Assembly (NCBI GenBank): GCA_963708025.1
Contig: CAVPSB010000025.1
Coordinates: forward strand, 418,054-482,053
Direction of reading: 5' to 3'
Source: an uncultured Candidatus Rokubacteria bacterium
GTDB lineage: Bacteria; Methylomirabilota; Methylomirabilia; Rokubacteriales; DASRDR01
Length of the DNA: 64,000 nucleotides
Under the pieces are notes generated by a model, which searched no databases, had not been told where the DNA came from, and was given only the letters and a program-made list of their open reading frames with translations. A program made the translations under genes and the position numbers. This document shows, in pieces, positions 40,352 through 50,367 of the stretch. Within the stretch, counting starts at the first letter, position 1. The number at the start of each line of letters is the position of its first letter.

Positions 40352-41498
40352 GTGAAGCTGGAGCTGACCGACGAGCAGCAGATGATCCAGACCCTGGCCC
40401 GGGACTTCGCCGAGCAGGAGGTGAAGCCCATCGCCGGGGAATGCGATCGGGAGGCTCGCTTCCCGCACGCCACCGTGAAGCGGATGGCGGAGCTGGGCCT
40501 GATGGGCATCATCATCCCGGAAGCGCTCGGCGGCGCCGGGGCCGACACGCTGGCCTACGTCCTCGCCCTCGAGGAAGTGGCGGTGGCCTGCGCCTCCCAT
40601 GCCGTCGTCATGTCGGTCAACAACTCCCTCGTCTGCGATCCGCTCCTCCGTTTCGGCACGTCCGAGCAGCACGAGCGGTTCCTGACCCCGCTGGCCTCCG
40701 GCAAGGGCCTCGGCTGCTTCGCGCTCACCGAGCCCCAGGCCGGCTCCGACGCCCGCAACCAGAGCACGCTGGCCCGGCGCGCCGGCGATCACTACGTGCT
40801 GAACGGCCGGAAGATCTTCGTCACCAGCGGCCGGGAGTCCACGGTCGCGCTCGACCTTCGCCCAGACCGACCCGGCCAAGGCTCATCACGGCATCTCCGC
40901 CTTCCTCGTGGAGAAGGGGACCCCGGGGTTCCTGGTCCCCAAGGTCGAGGACAAGCTCGGGCTGCGCGCCTCGGACACCGCCGAGTTCGTGTTCGAGGAC
41001 TGCCGGGTGCCGGCGGCCAACCGCCTGGGCGCCGAGGGCCAGGGCTTCAAGGTCGCGATGAAGGCCATCGACGGGGGGCGGATCGGGATCGCCGCCCAGG
41101 CCCTCGGCATCGGGCGGGCCGCCCTCGAGGCCTCGGTCGCCTACGCGAAGGAGCGGAAGTCCTTCGGGGTGCCCATCGGCCAGCACCAGATGATCCAGTG
41201 GATGCTGGCCGACATGGCGACGGCCATCGACGCCGCCCGGCTCCTCACCTGGCGGGCGGCGACGCTGAAGGACCGTGGCCAGCCGTACGGCACCGCCGGC
41301 TCGATGGCGAAGCTCTTCGCCTCCGAGACGGCGATGCGGGTGGCGACGGACGCGATCCAGGTGCACGGCGGGCACGGGTACATGAAGGAGTACCCCGTGG
41401 AGCGGTTCTTCCGCGATGCCAAGATCACCCAGATCTACGAGGGGACCTCGCAGATCCAGCGCCTGGTGATCGCCCGATCGCTGCTCGGGGTCAAGTGA
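40352..41498 (+). CDS. Acyl-CoA dehydrogenase (short-chain/butyryl type), frameshift near 40853
   Basis: [27 protein letters not shown] and IYEGT motifs. Confidence 0.9.
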
Positions 41499-41506
41499 GG
41501 GGACGC

Positions 41507-43177
41507 GTGGACGACGGCCGGACCGGGGACGAGAAGGCCCGCTGGGAGCGCGAGACGGCGGAGCCCTTCGCCGGGAAGACGCCGGAGCGGAAGCCCGGGT
41601 TCGAGACGATGGCCGGGCTCCCCGTCGAGCGGCTCTACACCCCGGCTGACCTCTCCGAGGGGTGGAGCTACCGGGAGCGCCTCGGCTTCCCGGGCGAGTA
41701 CCCGTTCACCCGCGGCGTCTACCCCACGATGTACCGGGGCCGGCTCTGGACCATGCGGATGTTCGCCGGCTTCGGCCGTCCGGAGGACACCAACCGGCGC
41801 TTCAAGTTCCTCCTCCAGCAGGGCCAGACCGGGCTGTCCACCGCCTTCGACATGCCGAGCCTGATGGGGTACGACGCCGACCACCCCCGGGCCCGGGGCG
41901 AGGTGGGGCGTGAGGGCGTCTCCGTCTCCACCCTGGCCGACATGGAGCGGCTGTTCGAGGGGATCCCACTCGACCAGGTCACCACCTCGATGACGATCAA
42001 CTGCACGGCCTCGGTCATCCTGGCCATGTACCTGGCGGTAGCCGAGCGGCAGGGCGTGTCCTGGTCGCGGGTGGACGGCACGATCCAGAACGACATGCTG
42101 AAGGAGTTCAGCGCCCAGAAGGAGTGGATCTGCCCGCCCGAGCCCGCCGTCCGCATCGTCGTGGACATGATCGAGTTCTGCATGACCGAGGTCCCGAAGT
42201 TCCACCCGGTCTCGATCTCCGGTTATCACATCCGGGAGGCCGGGGCGACCGCGGTCCAGGAGCTGGCCTTCACGCTGGCCGACGGGATCGGCTACGTCGA
42301 GGCGTGCCGCCGCCGGGGGCTCGACCCGAACCGCTTCGCGCCGCAGCTCTCGTTCTTCTTCGACATCCACTCGGACTTCTTCGAGGAGATCGCCAAGCTG
42401 CGGGCGGCCCGGCGGATGTGGGCCCGCATCATGAAGGAGCGCTTCGGGGCGACGAACCCCCGCGCCATGCTCCTCCGGACCCACACCCAGACCGCCGGCG
42501 TCTCCCTGACCGCCCAGCAGCCGCTCAACAACATTGCCCGGGTCGCCCTCCAGGCGCTGGCCGCCGTGCTCGGGGGTGCCCAGTCGCTCCACACCAACTC
42601 CTACGACGAGACCTGGGCCCTGCCGACCGAGGAAGCCGTCACCGTCGCGCTCCGGACCCAGCAGATCCTCGCCGAGGAGTCCGGGGTCACCCACACGGTC
42701 GATCCGCTCGGCGGCTCGTACTTCGTGGAGGCGCTGACCGACCGGATGGAGGCCGAAGCCAGGCGCCTGATCGGCCGGATCGACGAGCTGGGCGGGATGA
42801 TCCGGGCGCTGGAGGTCGGCTTCCCCCAGCAGGAGATCGCCGACTCGGGCTACCGGACCCAGCTCCAGGAGGATGCCGGCGAGCGGGCGGTGGTCGGCGT
42901 CAACCGGTACCTCCAGGCCGAGGAGAAGCCGATCAGCTACCTCCGCCTCGACGAGGGGCTCGAGCTGGAGCAGATCGAGCGGGTGCGGGCGGTCAAGGCG
43001 GCCCGGAGCGCGGCCGAGGTGGAGCGGCAGCTCAGGCGCGTGGCCGATGCCTGCCGGAACGGGGACAACCTGATGCCGGTGCTGGTGGAGGCCGTGAAAG
43101 CCCACGTCTCCCTCGGCGAGATCGCAGACGTCTACCGCCAGGTCCTCGGGCGGTACCAGGAACCCATCATCTTCTAG
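41507..43177 (+). CDS. Acyl-CoA mutase large subunit, isobutyryl-CoA mutase (IcmA)-like
   Basis: [40 protein letters not shown] and QSLHTN motifs; no B12 domain. Confidence 0.88.
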   Translation: MDDGRTGDEKARWERETAEPFAGKTPERKPGFETMAGLPVERLYTPADLSEGWSYRERLGFPGEYPFTRGVYPTMYRGRLWTMRMFAGFGRPEDTNRRFKFLLQQGQTGLSTAFDMPSLMGYDADHPRARGEVGREGVSVSTLADMERLFEGIPLDQVTTSMTINCTASVILAMYLAVAERQGVSWSRVDGTIQNDMLKEFSAQKEWICPPEPAVRIVVDMIEFCMTEVPKFHPVSISGYHIREAGATAVQELAFTLADGIGYVEACRRRGLDPNRFAPQLSFFFDIHSDFFEEIAKLRAARRMWARIMKERFGATNPRAMLLRTHTQTAGVSLTAQQPLNNIARVALQALAAVLGGAQSLHTNSYDETWALPTEEAVTVALRTQQILAEESGVTHTVDPLGGSYFVEALTDRMEAEARRLIGRIDELGGMIRALEVGFPQQEIADSGYRTQLQEDAGERAVVGVNRYLQAEEKPISYLRLDEGLELEQIERVRAVKAARSAAEVERQLRRVADACRNGDNLMPVLVEAVKAHVSLGEIADVYRQVLGRYQEPIIF

Positions 43178-43193
43178 AGAAGGGGACGGAACC

Positions 43194-43769
43194 ATGCGCG
43201 GCATGCGGATCGCTCCGATTGTTCTCGCGCTGGCGCTCGGGCTGCCGGCGCTCGTCCACGCCGACGTGATCCACCTGAAGAACGGCAACCGGCTCGAGGT
43301 GGAGGGCTGGAAGGATGCCGGCGATGCCATCGAGTTCATGATGGGCGGCGGCATCATCCGGATCTCGAAGGCCGAGATCCAGAAGATCGACGGGCGGGCG
43401 ACCCGCGGCGACTTCCGGATGTACACCTCGGGGGTGAGCACGAGCACCGAGGCCACCGCCCAGCCGGGCACCGCCCTGACCCAGATGGCGGATCTCCTCA
43501 AGCAGGGGGAGGCGCTCTTCGGCCAGGGGGTGCTGTCGTCCAGCGAGAAGGCCGGCGCCTTCCGGCGGATCGGGGAGCAGTGGCGCGGGCTCGACGTGCC
43601 GGAGACGGCCCGGGAGGCCCATAGCCGGGGCGACGCGGCCATCCAGATGGCGGTCGAGGCGTTCGGCGCCGGCGAGGCGGCGGCGGACGCCCAGGAGCGG
43701 GTCAACAAGGCGAAGGCCGCCGTAACGGCCGCCCAGGAAGAGGTCAAGAAGCTGGGCGGCTCGGGGTAG
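43194..43769 (+). CDS. Secreted hypothetical protein
   Basis: Signal peptide ending VHA-D; DVIHLKNG beta domain followed by a helical region. Confidence 0.75.
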   Translation: MRGMRIAPIVLALALGLPALVHADVIHLKNGNRLEVEGWKDAGDAIEFMMGGGIIRISKAEIQKIDGRATRGDFRMYTSGVSTSTEATAQPGTALTQMADLLKQGEALFGQGVLSSSEKAGAFRRIGEQWRGLDVPETAREAHSRGDAAIQMAVEAFGAGEAAADAQERVNKAKAAVTAAQEEVKKLGGSG

Positions 43770-43774
43770 CGGCC

Positions 43775-44203
43775 GTGCCGACACCGGCGGCCGCCGACTG
43801 CGTCTTCTGCAAGATCCGGGACGGCCAGATCCCCTCGACCCGGATCTACGAGGACGAGCGGACGCTCGCTTTCATGGACATCAATCCGGTCAGCGAGGGG
43901 CACTGTCTGGTCGTGACCCGGGCCCACGCCCCGACCCTGTTCGACACCGCCGAGGTCGATCTCCAGGCTGCGATCGCGACGGCCCGGCGCGTCGCGACCG
44001 CGCTCCGGGCCGCCCTGGCGCCCGACGGGCTCAACATGCTCCAGGCCAACGGCGCCGCTGCCTTCCAGTCCGTGCCCCACTTCCACCTCCACCTGATCCC
44101 CCGCTGGACCGGCGACGGGAAGGGGTTCGACTGGAAGCTCGTGGCCGGGGATCGGGCGCGGATCCAGGCCGCGGCCGAGAAGATCCGGACGGCGCTGGCG
44201 TGA
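43775..44203 (+). CDS. HIT family protein
   Basis: CVFC and HFHLH motifs. Confidence 0.93.
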   Translation: MPTPAAADCVFCKIRDGQIPSTRIYEDERTLAFMDINPVSEGHCLVVTRAHAPTLFDTAEVDLQAAIATARRVATALRAALAPDGLNMLQANGAAAFQSVPHFHLHLIPRWTGDGKGFDWKLVAGDRARIQAAAEKIRTALA

Positions 44204-44228
44204 CCGAGCGGAAGATCCGCAACTGTCC

Positions 44229-44335
44229 GACAGGGGGGGAGTCCCAACTTTCGGGTCGCCGGGACGCGCTCGGCCTACGGCCTCGCGTGCGTCCCGCCCT
44301 CACGGTGGTCCCCCCCTGGACCCCCCCACCTGGGG
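44229..44335. repeat. Intergenic palindromic repeat with family D module
   Basis: TCGCCGGGACG..CTCGGCCTACGGCCTCGCG..CGTCCCG.CCTC.CGGTGG shared with 59412-59464. Confidence 0.78.
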
Positions 44336-44358
44336 GCCGACGCTCGAAGAGCTGACCC

Positions 44359-44769
44359 ATGGCCACCGAGCGGAAAATTCGGGTCCTCGTCGCCAAGCCC
44401 GGCCTGGATGGTCACGACCGCGGCGCCAAGATCGTGGCCCGCGCGCTGCGAGATGCCGGCATGGAAGTGATCTACACCGGCCTCCACCAGACCCCCGAGC
44501 AGGTCGTGGCGACCGCCCTCCAGGAGGACGTGGACGCCGTCGGGCTCTCGGTGCTGTCCGGCGCCCACATGTACCTCTTTGGTCGGATCCTCGAGCTGCT
44601 GCGGGAGAAGGGCGTGGACGACGTGGTCGTCTTCGGGGGCGGCATCATCCCGCCGGAGGACGTCGAGCGGCTCAAGGCGATGGGGGTCAAGGAGCTGTTC
44701 ACCCCCGGGACGTCCACCCAGCAGATCGTGGGATTCGTCCGGGACCACGTCCGCCCCGTCCGGACATGA
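44359..44769 (+). CDS. Cobalamin-binding small subunit of acyl-CoA mutase (IcmB-like)
   Basis: [10 protein letters not shown] (DxHxxG), GLSVLSG and GGGIIP motifs. Confidence 0.93.
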   Translation: MATERKIRVLVAKPGLDGHDRGAKIVARALRDAGMEVIYTGLHQTPEQVVATALQEDVDAVGLSVLSGAHMYLFGRILELLREKGVDDVVVFGGGIIPPEDVERLKAMGVKELFTPGTSTQQIVGFVRDHVRPVRT

Positions 44770-44780
44770 CGGACGCCCGA

Positions 44781-44806
44781 TCCCTCTCCTCCCCGGGAGG
44801 AGAGGG
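44781..44806. repeat. Short REP-like hairpin
   Basis: CCCTCTCCTCCC-C-GGGAGGAGAGGG inverted repeat. Confidence 0.7.
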
Positions 44807-44851
44807 TCTGGGTGCCGGCTCTCCGGAAGGGAGCGGTCAGAGCGGCCCCCG

Positions 44852-46474
44852 GTGAGAATCTCCGGGCTCGACTGCTGGCCGGCGCCACTCGTCGAGGGGA
44901 TCCGGCCGGAGCGGCGGCTGGGTCGCGACGTCCTCTGCTACGCCGCCCGGCCGCCTGGGCTCACCGCCATGCTGGACCGGGCGGTGGAGCGAGCGCCGGA
45001 CCGGGACGCGGTCGTCGAGGGCGACGTCCGACTGCCGTGGTGGGAGCTCCGGCGACAGGTCCGCCAGCTGGCCGGCGGTCTCGCCCGGCTCGGGGTCGGG
45101 CGGGGCGACCGCTTGGCCACGCTGCTCCCGAACGGCGTTCCGTTCTGTCTCGCTGTCTTCGCCGCCGCCGAGCTGGGCGCCGTCACGGTTCCGCTCAACA
45201 CCAAGCTCCGGCGCTCCGAGCTCGCGTTCATGCTCGCCGACTCGGCGCCCCGCGTGCTGCTCGCCGACCCCGCTTTCTACGGCGAGGTGGCGGCGGTGCG
45301 GGACGAGCTGCCCGCCGGTCACCACGTGGTGACCGGCGAGACGGCTCCGCCACCCGGCACGCGCCGGCTCGCCGAGCTGCTGGCGGAGGCTCCTCCGGCC
45401 GGATCCGCCACGCCGGGCGTCGAGGACGACCCCGCCTTCGTCATGTACACCTCCGGGACGACGGGGCGGCCGAAGGGGGCCGCCGGCACTCACGCCAACG
45501 TCGTCCACTCGTGCCTGACCTTCCAGCGCGTCTACGGGCTGGGCGATGGGGAGCGGAGCCTGGTCAGTGTCCCCCTCTTCCACGTGACGGGCCTCATCGC
45601 GCAGCTCCTGGCGATGACGTCGGTCGCCGGGACCTGCGTCCTCATGCCCCGCTTCGATCCGGCCGCGGCGCTCCGACTGCTCGCCGCCGAGCGGATCACC
45701 CATCTGGTCGGCGCCCCCACCGTGTACGTGATGCTCATGGCCCAGCCGGGCTACCGGGACGTGGCGCTGCCGGAGCTCCACGTGGCGGGCTATGGCGGCG
45801 CGCCGATCGCCTCCGCCACCGTGCGGCAGCTCCGGGAGTGGCTGCCCGGGGTGCGGCTCCACAACACCTACGGTCTGACCGAGACGGCCTCGCCGGCTAC
45901 TTGTCTCGCCGACGCGGATGCCCTCGACCACGTGGCCTCGGTGGGCCGGCCGGTGCCGGTGGCCGAGTGCCGGACGGTGGACCCGGGCAGCGGGCGGGAA
46001 TGCGGGGCCGGCGAGGTGGGCGAGCTGTGGGTGCGGGGGCCGATGGTGGTGGGCGGCTACTGGGCAAACCCGGAAGCCACGGCGGCGGCGATCGTCGAGG
46101 GCGGCTGGCTCCGGACCGGGGATCTGGCCGCGATCGACGGCGCCGGGTACGTCGTCATCAAGGACCGCATCAAGGACATGATCAACCGGGGCGGGGAGAA
46201 GGTGTACTGCGTGGAGGTGGAGGAAGTGCTGTGTGGCCATCCCGGCGTGCTCGAGGCCGCGGTGGTGGGAGTGCCCGATCGGGTGTACGGTGAGGTCGTG
46301 AAGGCGTGCGTGGTGCCCCGGCCAGGGGCGCGCCTCGATCAGGACGACGTGCGAGAGTGGGTGCGGGCGCGGCTCGCCAAGTTCAAGGCCCCCGAGCACG
46401 TCGAGGTCCTGGAGGCCCTGCCCCGAAACCCGAACGGCAAGGTGGTGAAACCCCTGCTCCGGGAGCGTGCATGA
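44852..46474 (+). CDS. Acyl-CoA synthetase (AMP-forming)
   Basis: YTSGTTGRPKG, YGLTE, RTGD and NPNGK motifs. Confidence 0.92.
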   Translation: MRISGLDCWPAPLVEGIRPERRLGRDVLCYAARPPGLTAMLDRAVERAPDRDAVVEGDVRLPWWELRRQVRQLAGGLARLGVGRGDRLATLLPNGVPFCLAVFAAAELGAVTVPLNTKLRRSELAFMLADSAPRVLLADPAFYGEVAAVRDELPAGHHVVTGETAPPPGTRRLAELLAEAPPAGSATPGVEDDPAFVMYTSGTTGRPKGAAGTHANVVHSCLTFQRVYGLGDGERSLVSVPLFHVTGLIAQLLAMTSVAGTCVLMPRFDPAAALRLLAAERITHLVGAPTVYVMLMAQPGYRDVALPELHVAGYGGAPIASATVRQLREWLPGVRLHNTYGLTETASPATCLADADALDHVASVGRPVPVAECRTVDPGSGRECGAGEVGELWVRGPMVVGGYWANPEATAAAIVEGGWLRTGDLAAIDGAGYVVIKDRIKDMINRGGEKVYCVEVEEVLCGHPGVLEAAVVGVPDRVYGEVVKACVVPRPGARLDQDDVREWVRARLAKFKAPEHVEVLEALPRNPNGKVVKPLLRERA

Positions 46475-46677
46475 TCCTGCGGCTCACCCTCGGCGTCGCC
46501 TTCCTGATCCTCGCCGCCGAGGAGTTCTTCCGCACCGGGCCGGCCGCGGCCGAGCTCGTCCGGCAGCCGGGCGAGCTGGTGGACGCGCTCCTCTCAGGCG
46601 ACGGCACCGTCGGCCCTTGGCTGCTCGCCGCCTACGGCGTGCTGATGGTGGTCCGCGCTTTGGCCCACCGGCGGTAG
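46471..46677 (+). CDS. Small membrane protein (68 aa)
   Basis: ATGA overlap with the upstream stop; two hydrophobic segments. Confidence 0.55.
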   Translation: MILRLTLGVAFLILAAEEFFRTGPAAAELVRQPGELVDALLSGDGTVGPWLLAAYGVLMVVRALAHRR

Positions 46678-46743
46678 GTGGGGTCAGGCCTTTCAATCTC
46701 AACAATCTGGCGACATTGACCGAATGAAAGGCCTGACCCCCGG

Positions 46744-47890
46744 ATGGACTTCGAGCTGAGCGACGAGCAGAGGCTGGTGCGCCAGACGGCGCGGGAGTTC
46801 GCCGAGGGCGAGATCGCGCCGGTCATTGCACGCTACGACGAGGCCGAGGAGTTCCCCGCCGAGCTGATCCAGAAGCTGGGCGAGCTGGGCTTCATGGGCG
46901 CCCTCTTCCCGTCCGATTATGGCGGCGCCGGACTCGACTACGTCTCCTATGCGCTGGTCGTCGAGGAGCTGTCGCGGGTCGACGGCTCGATCGGCATCAC
47001 GATGTGGAGCCATAACTCGCTCTGCTCGAACCACATCTACTCCTTCGGCACCGAAGGTCAGCGGCAGCGGTACCTGCCCCCGCTCTGCCGGGGCGAGGTG
47101 CTGGGGGCGTGGGCGCTGACCGAGCCGGGCTCGGGCTCCGACGCCGCCGCCATGAAGACCACGGCGGTGGAGGAGGCGGACGCCTGGGTGCTGAACGGGA
47201 CCAAGGCCTTCATCACGAACGGCAGCGTCGCCGGCGACGGCCGTCGTGATGGCGCGCACGGACCCGACCGCCGGCAGCCGAGGGATCTCGGCGTTCATCC
47301 TCGAGCGCGGGATGCCGGGGTTCCGTGCCGGCCAGCGCTACCGGAAGCTGGGCCTCCACGCCTCGGACACCGCCGAGCTGGTGCTGGAGGGCGTCCGGGT
47401 GCCCCAGGCCAACCTCCTGGGGGAGAAGAACCGCGGCTTCCAGAACACCAAGCAGGTGCTGGAGGGCGGGCGGATCGCGATGGCCGCGATGGCCGTCGGC
47501 CTCGCCCAGGGCGCGCTCGACCAGGCCGTCCGGTACGCCCGGGAGCGTCACGCCTTCGGCCGGCCCATCGGGGAGTTCCAGGGACTCCAGGGCATGCTCG
47601 CGGACCTGGCCACCGAGGTCGAGGCGGCCCGTCTCCTCACGCTCCGGGCGGCCTACGGCAAGGACCACGGGCACCCGGTGATGAAGGAAGCCTCGATGGC
47701 CAAGGTCTTCGCGGCCGAGGTCGGCATGAAGTGCGCGACCAAGGCGGTGCAGATCCACGGCGGCTACGGCTACACCCGCGAGTTCCCGGTGGAGCGCTTC
47801 TTCCGCGACGTGAAGCTCTGCGAGATCGGGGAGGGCACCTCAGAGGTGCAGCGGATGGTGATCGCCCGGCACCTGCTGGAGGCCCACTGA
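46744..47890 (+). CDS. Acyl-CoA dehydrogenase, frameshift near 47235
   Basis: [27 protein letters not shown] and IGEGT motifs. Confidence 0.9.
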
Positions 47891-47900
47891 CCGCGATTCG

Positions 47901-48686
47901 ATGAAGCTGGACGGCGCCCACGTTCGCTACGCCACCGAGGCGGGGGTCGCGCGCATCACGCTCGCGCGGCCCGGGGTGCTGAACGCCCTGAACGCGCGGC
48001 TCGCCGAGGAGCTGGCCGAGGCGGCCGTGCTCGCCGAGAAGGACCCCGAAGCCTGGGTCGTCGTCGTGTCCGGCGAGGGCCGGGCCTTCTCGTCGGGGAT
48101 GGATCGGACGGCGCTGTCTTCCGGGGAGGTCGGCGAGGCGTTCTTTCGCCACTGGATCCGCGCCCTCAACCGGCTCGAAGACATGCCAAAGCTCGTGGTC
48201 GCCGCGATCCACGGCTACTGCATCGGCGGCGGCCTCCAGCTCGCCCTCGCCTGTGACTTTCGTCTGTGCACCGCGGACGCCGTGCTCGGGCTCGGGGCCA
48301 CGCGCCATGGCCTCATCCCGGACGGCGCGGTCCTGCGATTGGCCCGCATCGTCGGGCTCGGCCGGGCCAAGGAGCTGGCGCTGCTCAACGAGAACGTGCC
48401 GACCGCCGCGGCCGCCGCCATGGGGCTCGTGAACTGGGTGGTGCCGCCGGCCGAGCTGGACGCGGCGCTGGCCCGCGTGGTCGGGCGCTGCCTGGAGGCG
48501 TCGCCGACCGCCGCCGCCCACACGAAGCGGCTCCTCCACGCCTCGTTCCACGGCGATCCCCGCGGGATGATCGACGACATCGTGGCCGCCCAGATGGAGT
48601 GCATGCGGTCGCGGGAGCTGGGCGAGGCCAACCGCGCCTGGGACGAGAAGCGCGAGGCGCGCTTCTTTCCTCCGCCGACCCCCTAG
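47901..48686 (+). CDS. Enoyl-CoA hydratase/isomerase family protein
   Basis: LARP..LNALN, AFSSGMD and [13 protein letters not shown] motifs. Confidence 0.9.
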   Translation: MKLDGAHVRYATEAGVARITLARPGVLNALNARLAEELAEAAVLAEKDPEAWVVVVSGEGRAFSSGMDRTALSSGEVGEAFFRHWIRALNRLEDMPKLVVAAIHGYCIGGGLQLALACDFRLCTADAVLGLGATRHGLIPDGAVLRLARIVGLGRAKELALLNENVPTAAAAAMGLVNWVVPPAELDAALARVVGRCLEASPTAAAHTKRLLHASFHGDPRGMIDDIVAAQMECMRSRELGEANRAWDEKREARFFPPPTP

Positions 48687-48843
48687 CCGACCCGACCCGC
48701 TAGCCGACCCGACCCGCCGCCTGGTCCAAAACGAGCCGGCGCCCGGCCTCTGGTAAGGTCGGGCTTTCAGCAGATCTTCGCCAGCTGCGGGAGATCGCCC
48801 CGTAACTCCCCGGTATTGCTGCCTTTCGGTCCACCGACTCGTC

Positions 48844-48859
48844 TGGCACGGAAGCTGCT
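48844..48859 (+). promoter_or_regulatory. Sigma-54 (-24/-12) promoter
   Basis: TGGCACGGAAGCTGCT (GG-N10-GC), about 75 nt before the peroxidase ATG. Confidence 0.7.
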
Positions 48860-48935
48860 CGATTACGGCCGGCCGGCGGACCAGGCGGGCCGGGGCGGAG
48901 AGAACGCCGCAGGGAGGCTGCGGGGGAGGACGGCG

Positions 48936-49973
48936 ATGCCAAAGACCTCGTTTCGGGTCGCGATCGTCGTGACCGGGCTGGCGGTCGCGCTGGGGGCAGC
49001 CGGGCGGACGGTAGACTCCGCGTCGAGCGACGCCACTCGACTCGCGGAGCTCAAGCAGCTCTACCACCGGCCGACCTCCATCCCGTACCCGGCCGACAAC
49101 GCCTACACACGGGACCGCGAGCGCCTGGGGCAGATGCTCTTCTTCGATCCGCGCCTGTCCGGCTCGAACTTCATCTCGTGCGCGACGTGCCACAGCCCCG
49201 GCTTCTCGTGGGCCGACCCACTCCCGCGTGCGATCGGGCACGGCATGAAGCCCCTCGCGCGCCGGACTCCGACGATCCTGAACCTGGCCTGGGCCGAGCT
49301 CCTGTTCTGGGATGGCCGCGCGGACAGCCTCGAGGCGCAGGCTCTCGGGCCGATCGCCTCCCCGGACGAGATGAACCAGGATCTGGGCGAGCTGGTGGTG
49401 AAGCTCTCCGCCATCGAGGGTTACCGGATCCTGTTCGCGCTCGCGTATCCCGGCGAGGGGATCACCGCCCCGACCATCGCCAAGGCCCTCGCGGTGTTCG
49501 AGCGCGGCGTGGTGTCGGGTGTGGCTCCCTTCGACGAGTGGATCGCCGGGCGGGACGATGCCATCCCGGAGGCCGCCAAGCGAGGCTTCCTGCTCTTCAA
49601 CACCAAGGGGAGCTGCGCCAAGTGCCACTCGGGCTGGGCCTTCACGGACTTCGGCTTCCACGACATCGGCGTGGACTCGCCGGACCCGGGACGCGGCAAG
49701 CTCCTGCCGGGCATCGTCCGCATGCAGCACGCCTTCAAGACGCCGACGCTCCGCAATGTGGCGCAGCGGGCGCCATACATGCACGACGGATCGCTGCCGA
49801 CCCTGTCAGCCGCGATGGAGTTCTACGACAAGGGTGGAATGCCGCGGCCGAGCCGCTCGCCGGAGATGCACCACCTCGGCCTCACCGAGGGCGAGAAGTC
49901 GGACATCATCGAGTTCCTGAAGACACTGACGGGCGCCGGCCCGGCGGTGAGCGTGACGGATCTGCCAAGATGA
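48936..49973 (+). CDS. Periplasmic di-heme cytochrome c peroxidase/MauG-family protein
   Basis: Signal peptide; CATCH and CAKCH heme motifs; LFFDPRLS, FWDGRA, FKTPTLRN and PYMHDG motifs. Confidence 0.93.
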   Translation: MPKTSFRVAIVVTGLAVALGAAGRTVDSASSDATRLAELKQLYHRPTSIPYPADNAYTRDRERLGQMLFFDPRLSGSNFISCATCHSPGFSWADPLPRAIGHGMKPLARRTPTILNLAWAELLFWDGRADSLEAQALGPIASPDEMNQDLGELVVKLSAIEGYRILFALAYPGEGITAPTIAKALAVFERGVVSGVAPFDEWIAGRDDAIPEAAKRGFLLFNTKGSCAKCHSGWAFTDFGFHDIGVDSPDPGRGKLLPGIVRMQHAFKTPTLRNVAQRAPYMHDGSLPTLSAAMEFYDKGGMPRPSRSPEMHHLGLTEGEKSDIIEFLKTLTGAGPAVSVTDLPR

Positions 49974-50017
49974 CGCCCATCGGCCGCCACCTCGGCGGGC
50001 GCCGGGAGAGGAACGCC

Positions 50018-50342
50018 ATGAAGCGGCTCGTGTCGTTGATCACGGCGGTATTGGTGGGCGTGCTGGTGGCGCCGGCTCTTGGCGGAGGATCACCGGGTCA
50101 CCCAGAAGGACAAGACGTTCTCGGTCGGGAACGTCAAGATCAAGACCGGGGACAGCATCGTCTTCCTCAACGCCGACAGCGTCACCCACAACGTGTTCTC
50201 GGCGACGAAGGGGCACGAGTTCGAGATCAAGACCCAGCTTCCCGGCGCCTCGGATGCCGTCCACTTCGAGAGCGAGGGTACGCTCGAGATCCTGTGCGCG
50301 ATCCATCCGCGGATGAAGCTCCGGGTCCAGGTCGGACGCTGA
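50018..50342 (+). CDS. Small cupredoxin (type-1 copper), frameshift near 50078 between signal peptide and mature domain
   Basis: [21 protein letters not shown] signal; HNV...CAIHPRM His-Cys-His-Met ligand set. Confidence 0.85.
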
Positions 50343-50367
50343 GCGAGGATCACCCCCGGGCCCGCTC

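Noticed and set aside
40352-43177. 941-aa acyl-CoA dehydrogenase-mutase fusion in the ORF track
   Set aside because: Artefact of the frameshift near 40853; the dehydrogenase ends at 41498 and the mutase starts at 41507
44353-44358. Selenocysteine or readthrough at the in-frame TGA before icmB
   Set aside because: The upstream in-frame sequence is repeat-derived, icmB is complete from ATG 44359, and no SECIS-like hairpin was recognised
48683-48716. 17-bp tandem repeat CTAGCCGACCCGACCCG x2
   Set aside because: Only two copies and no spacer; slippage or an assembly artefact, not CRISPR
12079-50342. Numerous frameshifts (SBP, dppC, fused ATPase, epimerase, GDH, two acyl-CoA dehydrogenases, cupredoxin) as programmed frameshifting or mass pseudogenisation
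   Set aside because: These are scattered single-base indels with no shared slippery motif and otherwise intact motifs; unpolished long-read error is the simplest explanation, but read data are needed to confirm
48936-50342. Methylamine dehydrogenase (mau) cluster
   Set aside because: No mauA/B/D/E in the window; MauG-family and amicyanin-like similarity alone is insufficient
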